Source of the DNA: Burkholderiaceae bacterium
GTDB taxonomy: Bacteria; Pseudomonadota; Gammaproteobacteria; Burkholderiales; Burkholderiaceae_C
DNA length: 64,000 bases
Assembly: GCA_035764445.1 (NCBI GenBank)
Contig: DASTZF010000248.1
Span: 8,668-72,667, forward strand
Reading direction: 5' to 3'
A model generated the notes under the pieces. The model was not told the origin of the DNA. It saw only the letters and a program-made list of their open reading frames with translations, and did not search any database. Of the stretch, positions 38,579 to 48,243 are shown one piece after another. A program made the position numbers and the translations under genes. Each line of letters begins with the position of its first letter. Position 1 is the first letter of the stretch.

Positions 38579-38633
38579 GCTTGCGTACGCCGGTCGCCAC
38601 GCCACGTGCTCTGGTCGCTGCGGAGGGTGCGCG

Positions 38634-39617
38634 ATGAGCGCGCTGCTGCAGGTGAACGAACTCGGCGTCACGCTGCAGACCGCGCGCGGCCCAGGCGCGG
38701 CCTTGCGCGGCGTGTCGTTCACGATGCAGCGCGGCGAGACGGTCGGCTTGATCGGCGAGTCAGGGTGCGGCAAGTCGATCACCGCGCTGGCGCTGATGGG
38801 GCTGCTGCCCGAAGGCGCACAGGTCACGGGGTCGATCCGCCTCGACGGCCAGGAGCTCGTCGGCCTCGACGAGGCGACGCTGTGCACGCTGCGCGGGCGT
38901 CGCATCGGCATGGTGTTCCAGGAGCCGATGACGGCGCTCAACCCGCTGCACACGGTGGGTCACCAGATCGCCGAGCCGCTGCAACTGCACCTGAAGCTGT
39001 CGGCCGCCGACGCGCGGCAGCGCGCGCTGCAGCTGCTCGAGCGCGTGCGCGTGCCGCAGGCCGCGCGCCGGCTCGATGCCTATCCGCATCAGCTGTCGGG
39101 TGGCCAGCGGCAACGCGTGGTGATCGCGATCGCGCTGGCGTGCGGGCCCGACCTGCTGATCGCCGACGAGCCGACCACCGCGCTCGACGCCACCGTGCAG
39201 CGCGAGGTGCTCGACCTGATCGGCGATCTGGTCAGCGAGCGCGGCATGGGGCTGCTGCTGATCAGCCACAACCTGGTGGTCGTCGCGCGCGCGGTGCGCC
39301 GCTTGATGGTGATGTACGGCGGCATCGTCGCCGAAGCAGGCCCCACCGATGGCGTGTTCGCGCGGCTCGCGCATCCCTACACGCACGCGCTGTTCAAGTC
39401 GCGGCCGCGCCTGGGGTTGCCGCGCGGCACGCGGCTGGCCACCATCGCCGGCTACGTGCCCGAGTTGGCCGACCTGCCGGCAGGGTGCCCGTTTGCCGAT
39501 CGCTGCGAGCACGTGATCGACGCCTGCCGCCGCGCGGTGCCGGCGCCGGTGATCGTGGCGCCGGCGCACGACGCGCGCTGCATCCGCACGCACGAACTGG
39601 AGGGCGCCGGTGGCTGA
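38634..39617 (+). CDS. Dpp/Opp-type ABC transporter ATP-binding protein (DppD-like)
   Basis: The motifs are [35 protein letters not shown] and the C-terminal oligopeptide-type CPFADRC motif. Confidence 0.9.
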   Translation: MSALLQVNELGVTLQTARGPGAALRGVSFTMQRGETVGLIGESGCGKSITALALMGLLPEGAQVTGSIRLDGQELVGLDEATLCTLRGRRIGMVFQEPMTALNPLHTVGHQIAEPLQLHLKLSAADARQRALQLLERVRVPQAARRLDAYPHQLSGGQRQRVVIAIALACGPDLLIADEPTTALDATVQREVLDLIGDLVSERGMGLLLISHNLVVVARAVRRLMVMYGGIVAEAGPTDGVFARLAHPYTHALFKSRPRLGLPRGTRLATIAGYVPELADLPAGCPFADRCEHVIDACRRAVPAPVIVAPAHDARCIRTHELEGAGG

Positions 39618-40413
39618 AGCGAATCCGCCGCCGCTGGTGGTGGCCGAGCGCGTCAGCCGCCACTACCGGTTGCCGCGCGAAACCGTGTTCGGTGCGCCGC
39701 CGACGGTGCGCGCGCTCAGCGACGTCAGCTTCACGTTGCTCGCCGGCCGCAGCGTCGGCGTGGTGGGCGAATCGGGCTCCGGCAAGAGCACGCTGGCGCG
39801 ACTGGTGATGGCGCTCGAGCGGCCCGACGACGGTGCGATCCGCTTCCAGGGACGGGACCTGAGCGCGCTCGACGCGCCGGCGCTGCGCCGCGCGCGCAGC
39901 GGCTTCCAGATGGTGTTCCAGGATCCGTACGGATCGCTCGATCCGCGTCGCACGGTGGCGCAGACGGTGGCCGAGCCGCTGGCCGTGCTGCATGGGGCCT
40001 CGCGTGCCGAGCAGCGCGAGCGCGCGATCGAGGTGCTCGCTGCGGTCGGCCTGCGCGCGAGCGATCTCGACAAGTACCCGCACGAGTTCTCGGGCGGGCA
40101 GCGCCAGCGCATCGCGATCGCGCGCGCGTTGATCACGCGGCCGCTGTTGATCGTTGCCGACGAGCCGGTGAGCGCGCTCGACGTGTCGGTGCAGGCGCAG
40201 GTGCTCAACTTGATGCAGGACCTGCAGGATCGCTACGGCGTGACCTATCTTTTCATCAGCCACGATCTCGCGGTGGTCGACTTGGTGTGCGACGAAGTGC
40301 TGGTACTGCAGCATGGCGTGGTGGTCGAGCGCGGCGCCACGCGCGAGGTGTTCGGCCGCCCGCAGCACGAGTACACGCGCCTGCTGCTGGCCGCCGCGCA
40401 GTTTGCAGCCTGA
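39610..40413 (+). CDS. Dpp/Opp-type ABC transporter ATP-binding protein (DppF-like)
   Basis: A GTG start overlaps the preceding stop by 8 nt. The motifs are GESGSGKST, YPHEFSGGQRQRIAIA and IVADEPVSALD. Confidence 0.9.
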   Translation: MAEANPPPLVVAERVSRHYRLPRETVFGAPPTVRALSDVSFTLLAGRSVGVVGESGSGKSTLARLVMALERPDDGAIRFQGRDLSALDAPALRRARSGFQMVFQDPYGSLDPRRTVAQTVAEPLAVLHGASRAEQRERAIEVLAAVGLRASDLDKYPHEFSGGQRQRIAIARALITRPLLIVADEPVSALDVSVQAQVLNLMQDLQDRYGVTYLFISHDLAVVDLVCDEVLVLQHGVVVERGATREVFGRPQHEYTRLLLAAAQFAA

Positions 40414-40569
40414 TCGTCGGCAGGTAGCGCGCCGTTGCCTCGGCAGCGGCGCGAGCGCTGTGGCGCACGCCGTGCTCGTCGGGCTCCATAGGGTTGCCAC
40501 GCCGTGCCCGCCATTTGGAAATAGGGCACCATCGACAGCCTTCCCAGCTTTTCAGTCCAGGAGAGATCG

Positions 40570-42069
40570 ATGAACCTGCATCGGCGCGCGGCGACGGCCG
40601 TAGTCGTTGTGGCGGCTGCAGCGCTGGCTGCACCGCTGGCCCTTGCCCAGTCGAAGAAAGACAGCGTCACGCTGGCGATGGGGCTCGAGCCCGCACCGGG
40701 CCTGGACCCGACCACCGCAGCGGCGTTGGCGATCGGCGAGGTCGTGCACTACAACATTCTCGAGGGCCTCACCAAGGTCAATATCGACGGCTCGGTCACG
40801 CCGCTGCTGGCCGAGAGCTGGAGCATGGATCCCGATGGCAAGAGCTACACCTTCAAGCTGAAGAAGGGCGTCAAGTTCCACGACGGCGAGCCGTTCGACT
40901 CGTCGGCGGTGAAGTTCAGCTTCGAGCGCGCGAAGGACGAGAAGAGCACCAACAAGGCCAAGAAGGCGGTGTTCGACAACATCAGCGCGATCAGCGCGCC
41001 CGACCCGCACACGGTGATCCTCACGCTCAACAATGCCGACGGCAATTTCCTGTTCCGCATGGGCGAGAACACGGCGGTGATCCTGCACCCCAAGAGCGCG
41101 GCTACCACGGCGACCAAGCCGATCGGCACCGGCCCCTACCTGTTCGAGGACTGGAAGAAAGGCAATTTGATCACGCTGGTCAAGTGGGACGGCTTTCGCG
41201 ACGCCAAGTCGGTGAAGATCAAGAAGGTGACGTTCCGCTTCATCAGCGACCCGGCCGCGCGGGTGGCGGCGCTGCTGGCTGGCGACATCGACGGCGTGCC
41301 GCGGCTGGATGCGCCGCAGGCGGTTGCGCAACTGCAGGCCGACAAGCGGTTCGTCGTCGAGGTCGGTGCGACCGCCGGCAAGGGCATCATGACGATCAAC
41401 AACAAGAAGAAGCCTTTCGACGACGTGCGCGTGCGCCGCGCACTGATGTACGCGATCGACCGCAAGGCGTTCATCGACGGCGCGCTCGAGGGTTTCGCCA
41501 AACCGATCGGCAGCCACTTCGCGCCCGCCGATGCCGGTTATGTCGACCTCACCGGCATGTACCCGTACGACCCCGAAAAGGCCAAGGCCCTGCTGAAGGA
41601 GGCCGGGGTGCAGACGCCGCTCAACGTGACCCTGACCCTGCCGCCGCCGCAATACGCGCGCAAGGGTGGCGAGGTGGTGGCCGCGATGCTGGCCAAGGTC
41701 GGCGTGATCGCCAAGATCGAGAACGTCGAATGGGCGCAGTGGCTTGGTGGCACCTTCAAGGGCAATTTCGACCTCACGATCGTCAATCACGCCGAGCCGC
41801 TGGACTACATGCAGTACACCAACACGTCGTACTACTGGGGCTACGACAGCAAGGCGTTCCGCGACCTGGCCGCCAAACACGCCGCCGAGGGCAACCCGAA
41901 GGAACGCGCACGGCTGTTCGCCGAGATGCAGAAGATGCTGGCCACCGATTGCGTCAATGCCTACATCTTCAATCCGTCGCAACCGTCGGTGGCCCGCAAG
42001 GGCCTGAAGGGCCTGTGGTCGAGCTCGCCGATCTTCGCCAACGACATGTCCGCGGTGTCGTGGCAGTGA
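40570..42069 (+). CDS. ABC transporter substrate-binding protein, family 5 (DppA/OppA-like)
   Basis: A signal peptide (AAPLALAQS) is followed by LLAESWSMDPDGKSYTFKLKKGVKFHDGEPF, the family 5 signature region. Confidence 0.9.
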   Translation: MNLHRRAATAVVVVAAAALAAPLALAQSKKDSVTLAMGLEPAPGLDPTTAAALAIGEVVHYNILEGLTKVNIDGSVTPLLAESWSMDPDGKSYTFKLKKGVKFHDGEPFDSSAVKFSFERAKDEKSTNKAKKAVFDNISAISAPDPHTVILTLNNADGNFLFRMGENTAVILHPKSAATTATKPIGTGPYLFEDWKKGNLITLVKWDGFRDAKSVKIKKVTFRFISDPAARVAALLAGDIDGVPRLDAPQAVAQLQADKRFVVEVGATAGKGIMTINNKKKPFDDVRVRRALMYAIDRKAFIDGALEGFAKPIGSHFAPADAGYVDLTGMYPYDPEKAKALLKEAGVQTPLNVTLTLPPPQYARKGGEVVAAMLAKVGVIAKIENVEWAQWLGGTFKGNFDLTIVNHAEPLDYMQYTNTSYYWGYDSKAFRDLAAKHAAEGNPKERARLFAEMQKMLATDCVNAYIFNPSQPSVARKGLKGLWSSSPIFANDMSAVSWQ

Positions 42070-42138
42070 GGAGCGCTCGAGCAAACGAGTCGCAAATGGC
42101 GGTACCCGGGTGCATCGCGGCGGGGTCGAGGTGCTAGC

Positions 42139-42948
42139 GTGTTCCCGGGCGGCAGCCCTCGCGGCCGGATCAAGCGTGCGCAGGCAATAGGGGTTCAGTC
42201 GCTCATTGGCGTAGCCGCCAGCGGCTGTGCCGGGGCGGCGGTGGTCCCCGTGGATCCACCCGATCTCGCGGGCCCCCCACCTCTGAATGCGCTGGACCTT
42301 GCGTTCGACAAATATTCCGAGCGGACGGATCACCACGCGATCGGGTTCGAGGCCGAGGGACGCGTGCGGGCTGTCGAGATCCGGCCAAACGGCCCCGCGG
42401 GCTGGGGTTTGTGCGGCACCATATCGGAGCAGACTCTGACCTCGGAACGCAGGCGCAAGGTCTTCCTCGTCCTGAAGGACAGTGAAGTGGTCGCCGAATA
42501 CCGGGACGACGATCCTGAGAAGGGCAAGCGCAAGCTCGCGAGGCAGGGCTGCCGGTTGCTAACCAAACCGACCGGCGCATCGACCGTTGCGGCCCTGCCT
42601 GTGCCCCGTGATGCCGGGCCCGCACCGAAGGATGCCTTGCAAGCCGCGAAGGCGCACTACCTCGGGCAACAGTATCTTCATGTGCAACTCCAGTTCAAAG
42701 GTGTGCGCGGGCGTGTCAAGGCCATCCAGGTGAAGCCGAATGGCGAATTCGGATGGGGCATTTGCGCGGCCACCTCCTGGACTCACTACGTGGACGGCGG
42801 CGCACGCCTTGTCCCCTACAGTTGGGACCAAACCGACCTTCTCGTCTGGCGCGAGGGCCAGGTCGTCGAGGCTTTCAGCGTCCATGCCTTCGACGACCTG
42901 AAGCGCGAGGTCGCGCAGGACGGTTGCCGATATCTTTCCCAGCATTGA
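42139..42948 (+). CDS. Hypothetical lipoprotein with two tandem repeats of about 100 aa
   Basis: A lipobox is present (IGVAASGC, Cys30). The internal duplication is GRVRAVEIRPNGPAGWGLCG...ARQGCRLL versus GRVKAIQVKPNGEFGWGICA...AQDGCRYL. Codon usage differs from the neighbouring genes. Confidence 0.6.
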   Translation: MFPGGSPRGRIKRAQAIGVQSLIGVAASGCAGAAVVPVDPPDLAGPPPLNALDLAFDKYSERTDHHAIGFEAEGRVRAVEIRPNGPAGWGLCGTISEQTLTSERRRKVFLVLKDSEVVAEYRDDDPEKGKRKLARQGCRLLTKPTGASTVAALPVPRDAGPAPKDALQAAKAHYLGQQYLHVQLQFKGVRGRVKAIQVKPNGEFGWGICAATSWTHYVDGGARLVPYSWDQTDLLVWREGQVVEAFSVHAFDDLKREVAQDGCRYLSQH

Positions 42949-42968
42949 GGTCCGATGGACTTGCTCCG

Positions 42969-44354
42969 ATGTCTGAACTGCATCAGCTCTGCGCGCTGGA
43001 ACTGAGCGCGCTGTTCCGCTGCCGCGAGGCGTCGCCGGTGGAGGCGGTGCGCGCGGTGATCGCGCACATCGAGCGCTGCGAGCCGAAGCTGCAGGCGCTG
43101 TACGCGTACGACCCCGACGCCGCGCTGACCGCCGCGCGCGACAGCGAGGCGCGCTGGGCCACCGGCACACCGCTGTCGGCGATCGACGGCGTGCCGGGCA
43201 CGCTGAAGGAGAACATCGCGTCGCGCGGCACGCCGGTGCCGGTGGGCACCGCCGCGTCGCTGCTGACGCCGGCCGGCGACGATGCGCCGCCGGCTGCGCG
43301 CTGGCGCGAGGCCGGTGCCGTGCTGCTGGCCAAGACGACGATGCCCGACTACGGCATGTTGTCGTCGGGGCTGTCGAGCTTTCATCCGCTGACACGCAAC
43401 CCATGGGACCTGACCAAGAACCCCGGCGGCTCGAGCGCCGGCGCCGGCGCGGCGGCGGCGGCTGGCTACGGCCCGCTGCACGTCGGCACCGACATCGGCG
43501 GCTCGATCCGCCTGCCCGCGGGCTGGTGCGGCGTGTTCGGCCTCAAGCCGAGCCTCGGCCGCATCCCGATCAAGCCGCCGTATGCGGGGCGCGTCGCCGG
43601 CCCGATGACGCGCACGGTCACCGACGCGGCGCTGCTGATGGCCGAGCTGTCCAGGCCCGACTGGCGCGACGCGATGAGCCTGCCATACCAGACGATCGAG
43701 TGGACACGGCTGGAGCGTGACGTCAAGGGCCTCAAGCTCGGGCTGCAGATGGACGCCGGCTGGGGAATGCCGGTCGAGCCCGCGGTGCGCGACGCGGTGC
43801 AGGCCGCCGCGCGCGCCTTCGAGCGCGCCGGCGCGATCGTCGAGCCGATCGCCGCCTTCTCGACGCGCGCGATGATCGACGGCATGGATCGCTTCTGGCG
43901 CATGCGCAGCTGGCTCGACATCTCTGCGCTGCCGCCCGAGCGGCGCGACAAGGTGCTGCCGTACATCCGCCAATGGGTCGCCAGCGGCGCGCGGCTGACC
44001 GCCGCCGAGGTGTTCCATGGCTACGGCCAGATGGCCGCCCTGCGCGACGCGGCGGTGACCGCATGCCAGCCGTACGACTTCGTGCTGTCGCCGGTCAGCC
44101 CGGTGCCGACCTATGCCGCGCAGTGGGCGAGCCCGCTGAACGATCCCGAGCAGCCATTCGAGCACATCGCGTTCACGCTGCCGTACAACATGAGCGAGCA
44201 GCCGGCGGCGTCGATCAACTGCGGCTACACGGGCGACGGGTTGCCGATCGGGCTGCAGATCATCGGCCACCGGCACGACGACCTGGGCGTGCTGCAGCTG
44301 GCGCGCGCGTACGAGCAGTTGCGTCCGGCGCAACGGCCGTGGCCGACCTTCTGA
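42969..44354 (+). CDS. Amidase-signature (AS) family amidase
   Basis: The start is ATG 42969. GGSSAGAGAAAAAGYGPLHVGTDIGGSIRLPA is the AS Ser-cisSer-Lys signature region, preceded by GVPGTLKENI (Lys). Confidence 0.9.
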   Translation: MSELHQLCALELSALFRCREASPVEAVRAVIAHIERCEPKLQALYAYDPDAALTAARDSEARWATGTPLSAIDGVPGTLKENIASRGTPVPVGTAASLLTPAGDDAPPAARWREAGAVLLAKTTMPDYGMLSSGLSSFHPLTRNPWDLTKNPGGSSAGAGAAAAAGYGPLHVGTDIGGSIRLPAGWCGVFGLKPSLGRIPIKPPYAGRVAGPMTRTVTDAALLMAELSRPDWRDAMSLPYQTIEWTRLERDVKGLKLGLQMDAGWGMPVEPAVRDAVQAAARAFERAGAIVEPIAAFSTRAMIDGMDRFWRMRSWLDISALPPERRDKVLPYIRQWVASGARLTAAEVFHGYGQMAALRDAAVTACQPYDFVLSPVSPVPTYAAQWASPLNDPEQPFEHIAFTLPYNMSEQPAASINCGYTGDGLPIGLQIIGHRHDDLGVLQLARAYEQLRPAQRPWPTF

Positions 44355-44363
44355 CCGTCACGC

Positions 44364-45515
44364 TCACTCGGTCCGCTGTCGCCTGAGCGCACCGGCGCCG
44401 ACCGAACCCACGATCCAAGCCGCGGCGGCGGCTAGCCCGAGCGTGGCGTGAACGCCCGCCACGCCGTACGCCCCGAAGCGATCGACGACGAAGCCGAACG
44501 CCAAGGTCAGCGCCGCGTAGCCGGCGGCCGCACGCAGCGGCGACGCGTCCTGCTGGCCGCGCCGTGCCGGCGCCCACAACTGGCCGCCCCACGCGATGCC
44601 CCACGCCGCGCCGTGCGCGAGCGCGAGGCCGAGCAGGTCGTACGGTGCGGCCGCCCAGGCGACGCACGCGGCACCGAGCACGAGCAGCAGCGCGCACAGC
44701 GCCGACAGCCGGGATGGCGACCAGGTCGCGATCGTCCGGCGCAGCAGCAGCACCGGGCCGAACATGGCGGCGAGGTGCAGCAGCACGAGTGCCTGCGGGG
44801 GCACCGACTGCGCGCGGCACCACGCGACCATCCACGGCAGCGCGGCCATCATCGGCAGCATCGTCAGGCCGGCCAGCAATGTCGGCCACTGCATGGTGTC
44901 GCGCCAGGCGCCCACCGGCCAGGCGGGCAGCGAGCAGTCGAACAGGCCCGCGCGGCAACCGGGCGCGCGCGGTCGGAGGTCGGCGCCGCGCTGCAGCGTG
45001 GCCAGCACGAGCGCGACCGCCACCACGAATCCGCCCAGGCGCAAGGCGAGCGTGGCCACATCGGCCACGTCCCCGAGCGCCAGCCCCGCGCACAACGCGC
45101 CGAGGCTCGCCGCCACGATCGGCGGTGCCGGCGCAGTATGTTGAGCGAGCCGCAACCCGCGCACGACGCCCGAGGCCAGCGCCGTCAGCGCCGCCCACCC
45201 GAGCAGTGCGAGCCACACCGCAGTGATGCCGCTGCCGCGTGCCGCCAGCCACATCGCCAGCGCGGTGACCACCGCGGCGAACAGCAGCGCCGCGGCACGA
45301 GCCCCGGCACGCAGATCACCGCCGGTGGCGACGCTGGCTGCCGCACCCAGCGCAAACAGCCACACAGCGACCAGTGCGAACCCGCTGGCCACGCCGGGAG
45401 CGAACGCCATCGCGAAGCTGCCGATTCCGACCCAGCCGGCGACCAGCAGGCCCCACGCACACGCGCGCGCCGCGGTCAACCGCAGCGACGGGATGCGTGC
45501 CGGGGGTTCGTTCAT
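44364..45515 (-). CDS. Hypothetical polytopic membrane protein (about 383 aa, about 10-12 TM)
   Basis: The start ATG 45515 overlaps the stop of the MocA-like gene (ATGA, 45512-45515). The product consists of Ala/Leu/Gly/Trp-rich hydrophobic segments throughout, and I recognise no family motif. Confidence 0.65.
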   Translation of the reverse strand: MNEPPARIPSLRLTAARACAWGLLVAGWVGIGSFAMAFAPGVASGFALVAVWLFALGAAASVATGGDLRAGARAAALLFAAVVTALAMWLAARGSGITAVWLALLGWAALTALASGVVRGLRLAQHTAPAPPIVAASLGALCAGLALGDVADVATLALRLGGFVVAVALVLATLQRGADLRPRAPGCRAGLFDCSLPAWPVGAWRDTMQWPTLLAGLTMLPMMAALPWMVAWCRAQSVPPQALVLLHLAAMFGPVLLLRRTIATWSPSRLSALCALLLVLGAACVAWAAAPYDLLGLALAHGAAWGIAWGGQLWAPARRGQQDASPLRAAAGYAALTLAFGFVVDRFGAYGVAGVHATLGLAAAAAWIVGSVGAGALRRQRTE

Positions 45516-46204
45516 GCGACCGTCGTGGCCAGCGACGCCGGCCACTGCAGCGTGTGGCCGGTGCTGGCGGCGAAGCGCTCGAGGTCCTCGGGCGTGTCGA
45601 TGTCGAGCCGGTAGCGCCGGTTGTCGGTGTCGAACCAGCGCACGCGCTGCGGATGCGCGAGGCGCCACTGGCGGCACGCGGCGTCGGCCTCGCCGGCCAG
45701 CCACTCGTCGCGCAGCGCGGCGTCGAAGATCACCGGGTTGCCGGGCAGCGGCTCGCCACCGTCGACGCTGACGCGCGGCACCACCATCGACGCATCGCCG
45801 CGCTTCTTGAAGGCACCGATCAGCGCGACGATGTCCTGCGAATCGATCAAGGGCTGGTCGGCCAGCGCGACGATCACCGCGTCGACCCGCGGCGACAGAG
45901 CCTGCAGGCCGATGCGCACCGACGACGCCTGGCCATCATCGGGCGACGGGTTGTGAACAATGGAGATCGGGAACTGCCCGATCGCCGATTCGATCGCCTC
46001 GGCATGGTGGCCGAGCACGACCACCAGGTCGTCGACGCCGGCGCCCGACAGCGCGACCAGTTGGCGCATCGCCAGCGGCACGCCACCGAGCTCGAGCAGC
46101 GCCTTCGGCCGGCCACCGAGTCGCGACCCGGCGCCGGCCGCCAATAGCACCGCGCCCACCGTCGTGCGGCTGTACAGGCCGTTGGCTTTGAGCAGGCAAC
46201 CCAT
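45512..46204 (-). CDS. MobA/MocA-like nucleotidyltransferase (molybdenum cofactor cytidylyltransferase-like)
   Basis: VLLAAGAGSRLGG.PKALLEL is the NTP_transf_3 glycine-rich loop, and ALADQPL is also present. The gene sits inside the cox accessory region. Confidence 0.85.
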   Translation of the reverse strand: MGCLLKANGLYSRTTVGAVLLAAGAGSRLGGRPKALLELGGVPLAMRQLVALSGAGVDDLVVVLGHHAEAIESAIGQFPISIVHNPSPDDGQASSVRIGLQALSPRVDAVIVALADQPLIDSQDIVALIGAFKKRGDASMVVPRVSVDGGEPLPGNPVIFDAALRDEWLAGEADAACRQWRLAHPQRVRWFDTDNRRYRLDIDTPEDLERFAASTGHTLQWPASLATTVA

Positions 46205-46219
46205 GATGAAGTGGTCCTT

Positions 46220-47356
46220 TCAGTGCAACGCGTCGATCAGCCGCGGCAGCACCGCGCGGATGCTCGCCAGATCGGCGCCCGGCGCCAGCAGGTCGAGGTG
46301 CGGCAGCGCCGCCTGCATGCCCTGGCTGAGCGGCGCGTAGCCGGCGTGACCAGCCAGCGGATTGAGCCACACGATGCGCCGTGCGCGCCGCTTCAGCTGC
46401 GCCAGCGCTTGCGACAGCATCTGCGGCTCGCCGGTGTCGTAGCCGTCGCTCATCACGATCACCGCGGTGCGCGCGTGCACCAGCCGCGGCGCATGCTCGC
46501 GGTTGAAGCGAGCCAGGCACTCGCCGATGCGCGTGCCGCCGCCGAAGCCCTGCGCGATCAGATGCAGCCGCTCCTGCGCGCGCCATGCGTCGGGATCGTG
46601 CAGCGCCTGCGACACCGCGGTGATGCCGGTGTGGAAGATGAAGCTGTGGACGTCGGCCCACTCGGCACTCAGCGCACGGGCCAGCCGCAGGTAGAAGAAG
46701 CTGTACAGCGCCATCGAACGGCTGACGTCGATCAGCAGCACCAGCCGCGGCCTGACGCGACGGCGATCGCGCCATGCCAGCCGGAACGGCGTGCCGCCGC
46801 TGGCCACGCTGTAGCGGATCGTCGTGGGCAGATCGAGCGCGCGGCCGGCGCGCGTATGCGCATGGCGGCGCAGGCGGATCGGCTTCAGCTCACGAGCCAA
46901 GCGACGCATCAACGCTTCGATCTCCAGCGCGTGCTCGCGTTCGGTCAGCGCCCGAAAGTCGGTCGAACTCAGCACCGCTTCGCGACTGGCCGCCCGGCGC
47001 GGCCGAGCGCTGTCGTCGTCGAGTTCGTCGCCGTCGGCCGCCCCGCCGGGCTGTTCGCCGCTCAAGCCGCGCTCGGCATCGCGCCGCTCGGGCTGCTGCC
47101 AGCGGTTGGCCGGCAGGAACCAGGCGTCGAACAATTCGGGAAAGCGCCGCCACTCGTCGGCGCGCCCGCACAGCAGCGCCTGCAGGCTCAGGCGCAGCAC
47201 CTGTGGATCGAGCACGCCGACGCGCTCTGCGGTGCGCAGGACCTGCACCGCGTCGCCACCGCCGCCGGCGAAGCCGTTGGCGCGCAGGAAGGTCGGGAAC
47301 CCGGCGAGCCTGTCGACCGCCAGCGTCTCGAGCGGCGATGCAGCGGGGCTCAACAC
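46220..47356 (-). CDS. coxE: VWA-domain CO-dehydrogenase maturation protein CoxE-like
   Basis: LVLLIDVSRSMALYS is the MIDAS DxSxS motif, and VIVMSDGYDTGE...RIVWLNP is typical VWA_CoxE sequence. The start is inferred at GTG 47356, overlapping the coxD stop. Confidence 0.85.
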   Translation of the reverse strand: MLSPAASPLETLAVDRLAGFPTFLRANGFAGGGGDAVQVLRTAERVGVLDPQVLRLSLQALLCGRADEWRRFPELFDAWFLPANRWQQPERRDAERGLSGEQPGGAADGDELDDDSARPRRAASREAVLSSTDFRALTEREHALEIEALMRRLARELKPIRLRRHAHTRAGRALDLPTTIRYSVASGGTPFRLAWRDRRRVRPRLVLLIDVSRSMALYSFFYLRLARALSAEWADVHSFIFHTGITAVSQALHDPDAWRAQERLHLIAQGFGGGTRIGECLARFNREHAPRLVHARTAVIVMSDGYDTGEPQMLSQALAQLKRRARRIVWLNPLAGHAGYAPLSQGMQAALPHLDLLAPGADLASIRAVLPRLIDALH

Positions 47357-48243
47357 GTGGCCGCCAACCTCGCGACCACTTCGCGCGGGAATGCCGCGCG
47401 ATCGTCGCGCGTCTTGATCAACGCGCTCAGCGTGTCGACGATGCGCTCGGCGCCGTCGACGTCGATCGTCGACACGCCCAGCCGCAGCAAGGCCGCGGTC
47501 CAGTCGAGCGTCTCGGCGATCCCCGGGCGCTTCTGCAACTCCATCCGCCGCACGCCCTGCACGAAGGCGACGATCTGCTGCGCCAATGCAAGCGCGACCT
47601 CGGGCGCCTTCTTGCGCACGATCGCCAGCTCCTTGTCGTAGTCGGGATAGTCGATGTACTGGTACAGGCAGCGCCGGCGCAGCGCATCGGACAGCTCGCG
47701 TGTGCCGTTGGAGGTGATCACCACCCATGGTCGCTGCGTCGCATGCACGGTACCGAGCTCGGGGATCGACATCTGAAAGTCCGACAGCAGCTCGAGCAGG
47801 TAGGCCTCGAAGGCTTCGTCGGCGCGGTCGATCTCGTCGATCAGCAGCACCGGCGCCGCGTCGGCGGTGATCGCCTCGAGCAGCGGCCGCTTCAGCAGGT
47901 AGCGCTCGGAGAAGATGTCTTCTTCCTTGCGCTGCAGGCTGCGCTCGTCGTGCTCGAGCAGCTTGATCGCCAGCAGCTGGCGCTGGTAGTTCCACTCGTA
48001 CATCGCCGCGTGCGCGTCGAGCCCCTCATAGCACTGCAGGCGGATCAGCCGCGTCTGCCGTATCTCGGCCAGCACCTTGGCGACTTCGGTCTTGCCGACG
48101 CCGGCATCGCCCTCGAGCAGCAGCGGGCGCTGCAGGTCCTGCATCAGCAGCAGCGCGGCGGCCAGCGGCGGCTCGGCGATGTAGCCGGCCTGTGCGAGCT
48201 GTTGCTGCAGCGTGGCCAGCTCGATCGCTCGAGCCGAGGTCAT
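47350..48243 (-). CDS. coxD: MoxR-class AAA+ ATPase CoxD-like
   Basis: The start ATG 48243 overlaps the coxG stop (ATGA). The motifs are LLLEGDAGVGKTEVAK (Walker A), VLLIDEIDRADE (Walker B) and RRRCLYQYIDYP. Confidence 0.9.
   Translation of the reverse strand: MTSARAIELATLQQQLAQAGYIAEPPLAAALLLMQDLQRPLLLEGDAGVGKTEVAKVLAEIRQTRLIRLQCYEGLDAHAAMYEWNYQRQLLAIKLLEHDERSLQRKEEDIFSERYLLKRPLLEAITADAAPVLLIDEIDRADEAFEAYLLELLSDFQMSIPELGTVHATQRPWVVITSNGTRELSDALRRRCLYQYIDYPDYDKELAIVRKKAPEVALALAQQIVAFVQGVRRMELQKRPGIAETLDWTAALLRLGVSTIDVDGAERIVDTLSALIKTRDDRAAFPREVVARLAATC

Noticed and set aside
42139-44354. The lipoprotein plus amidase as a toxin/immunity (for example T6SS amidase effector) pair
   Set aside because: The amidase is a cytoplasmic amidase-signature (GatA-like, GGSSAG) enzyme without a secretion signal or peptidoglycan-amidase motifs. 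No T6SS genes are nearby.
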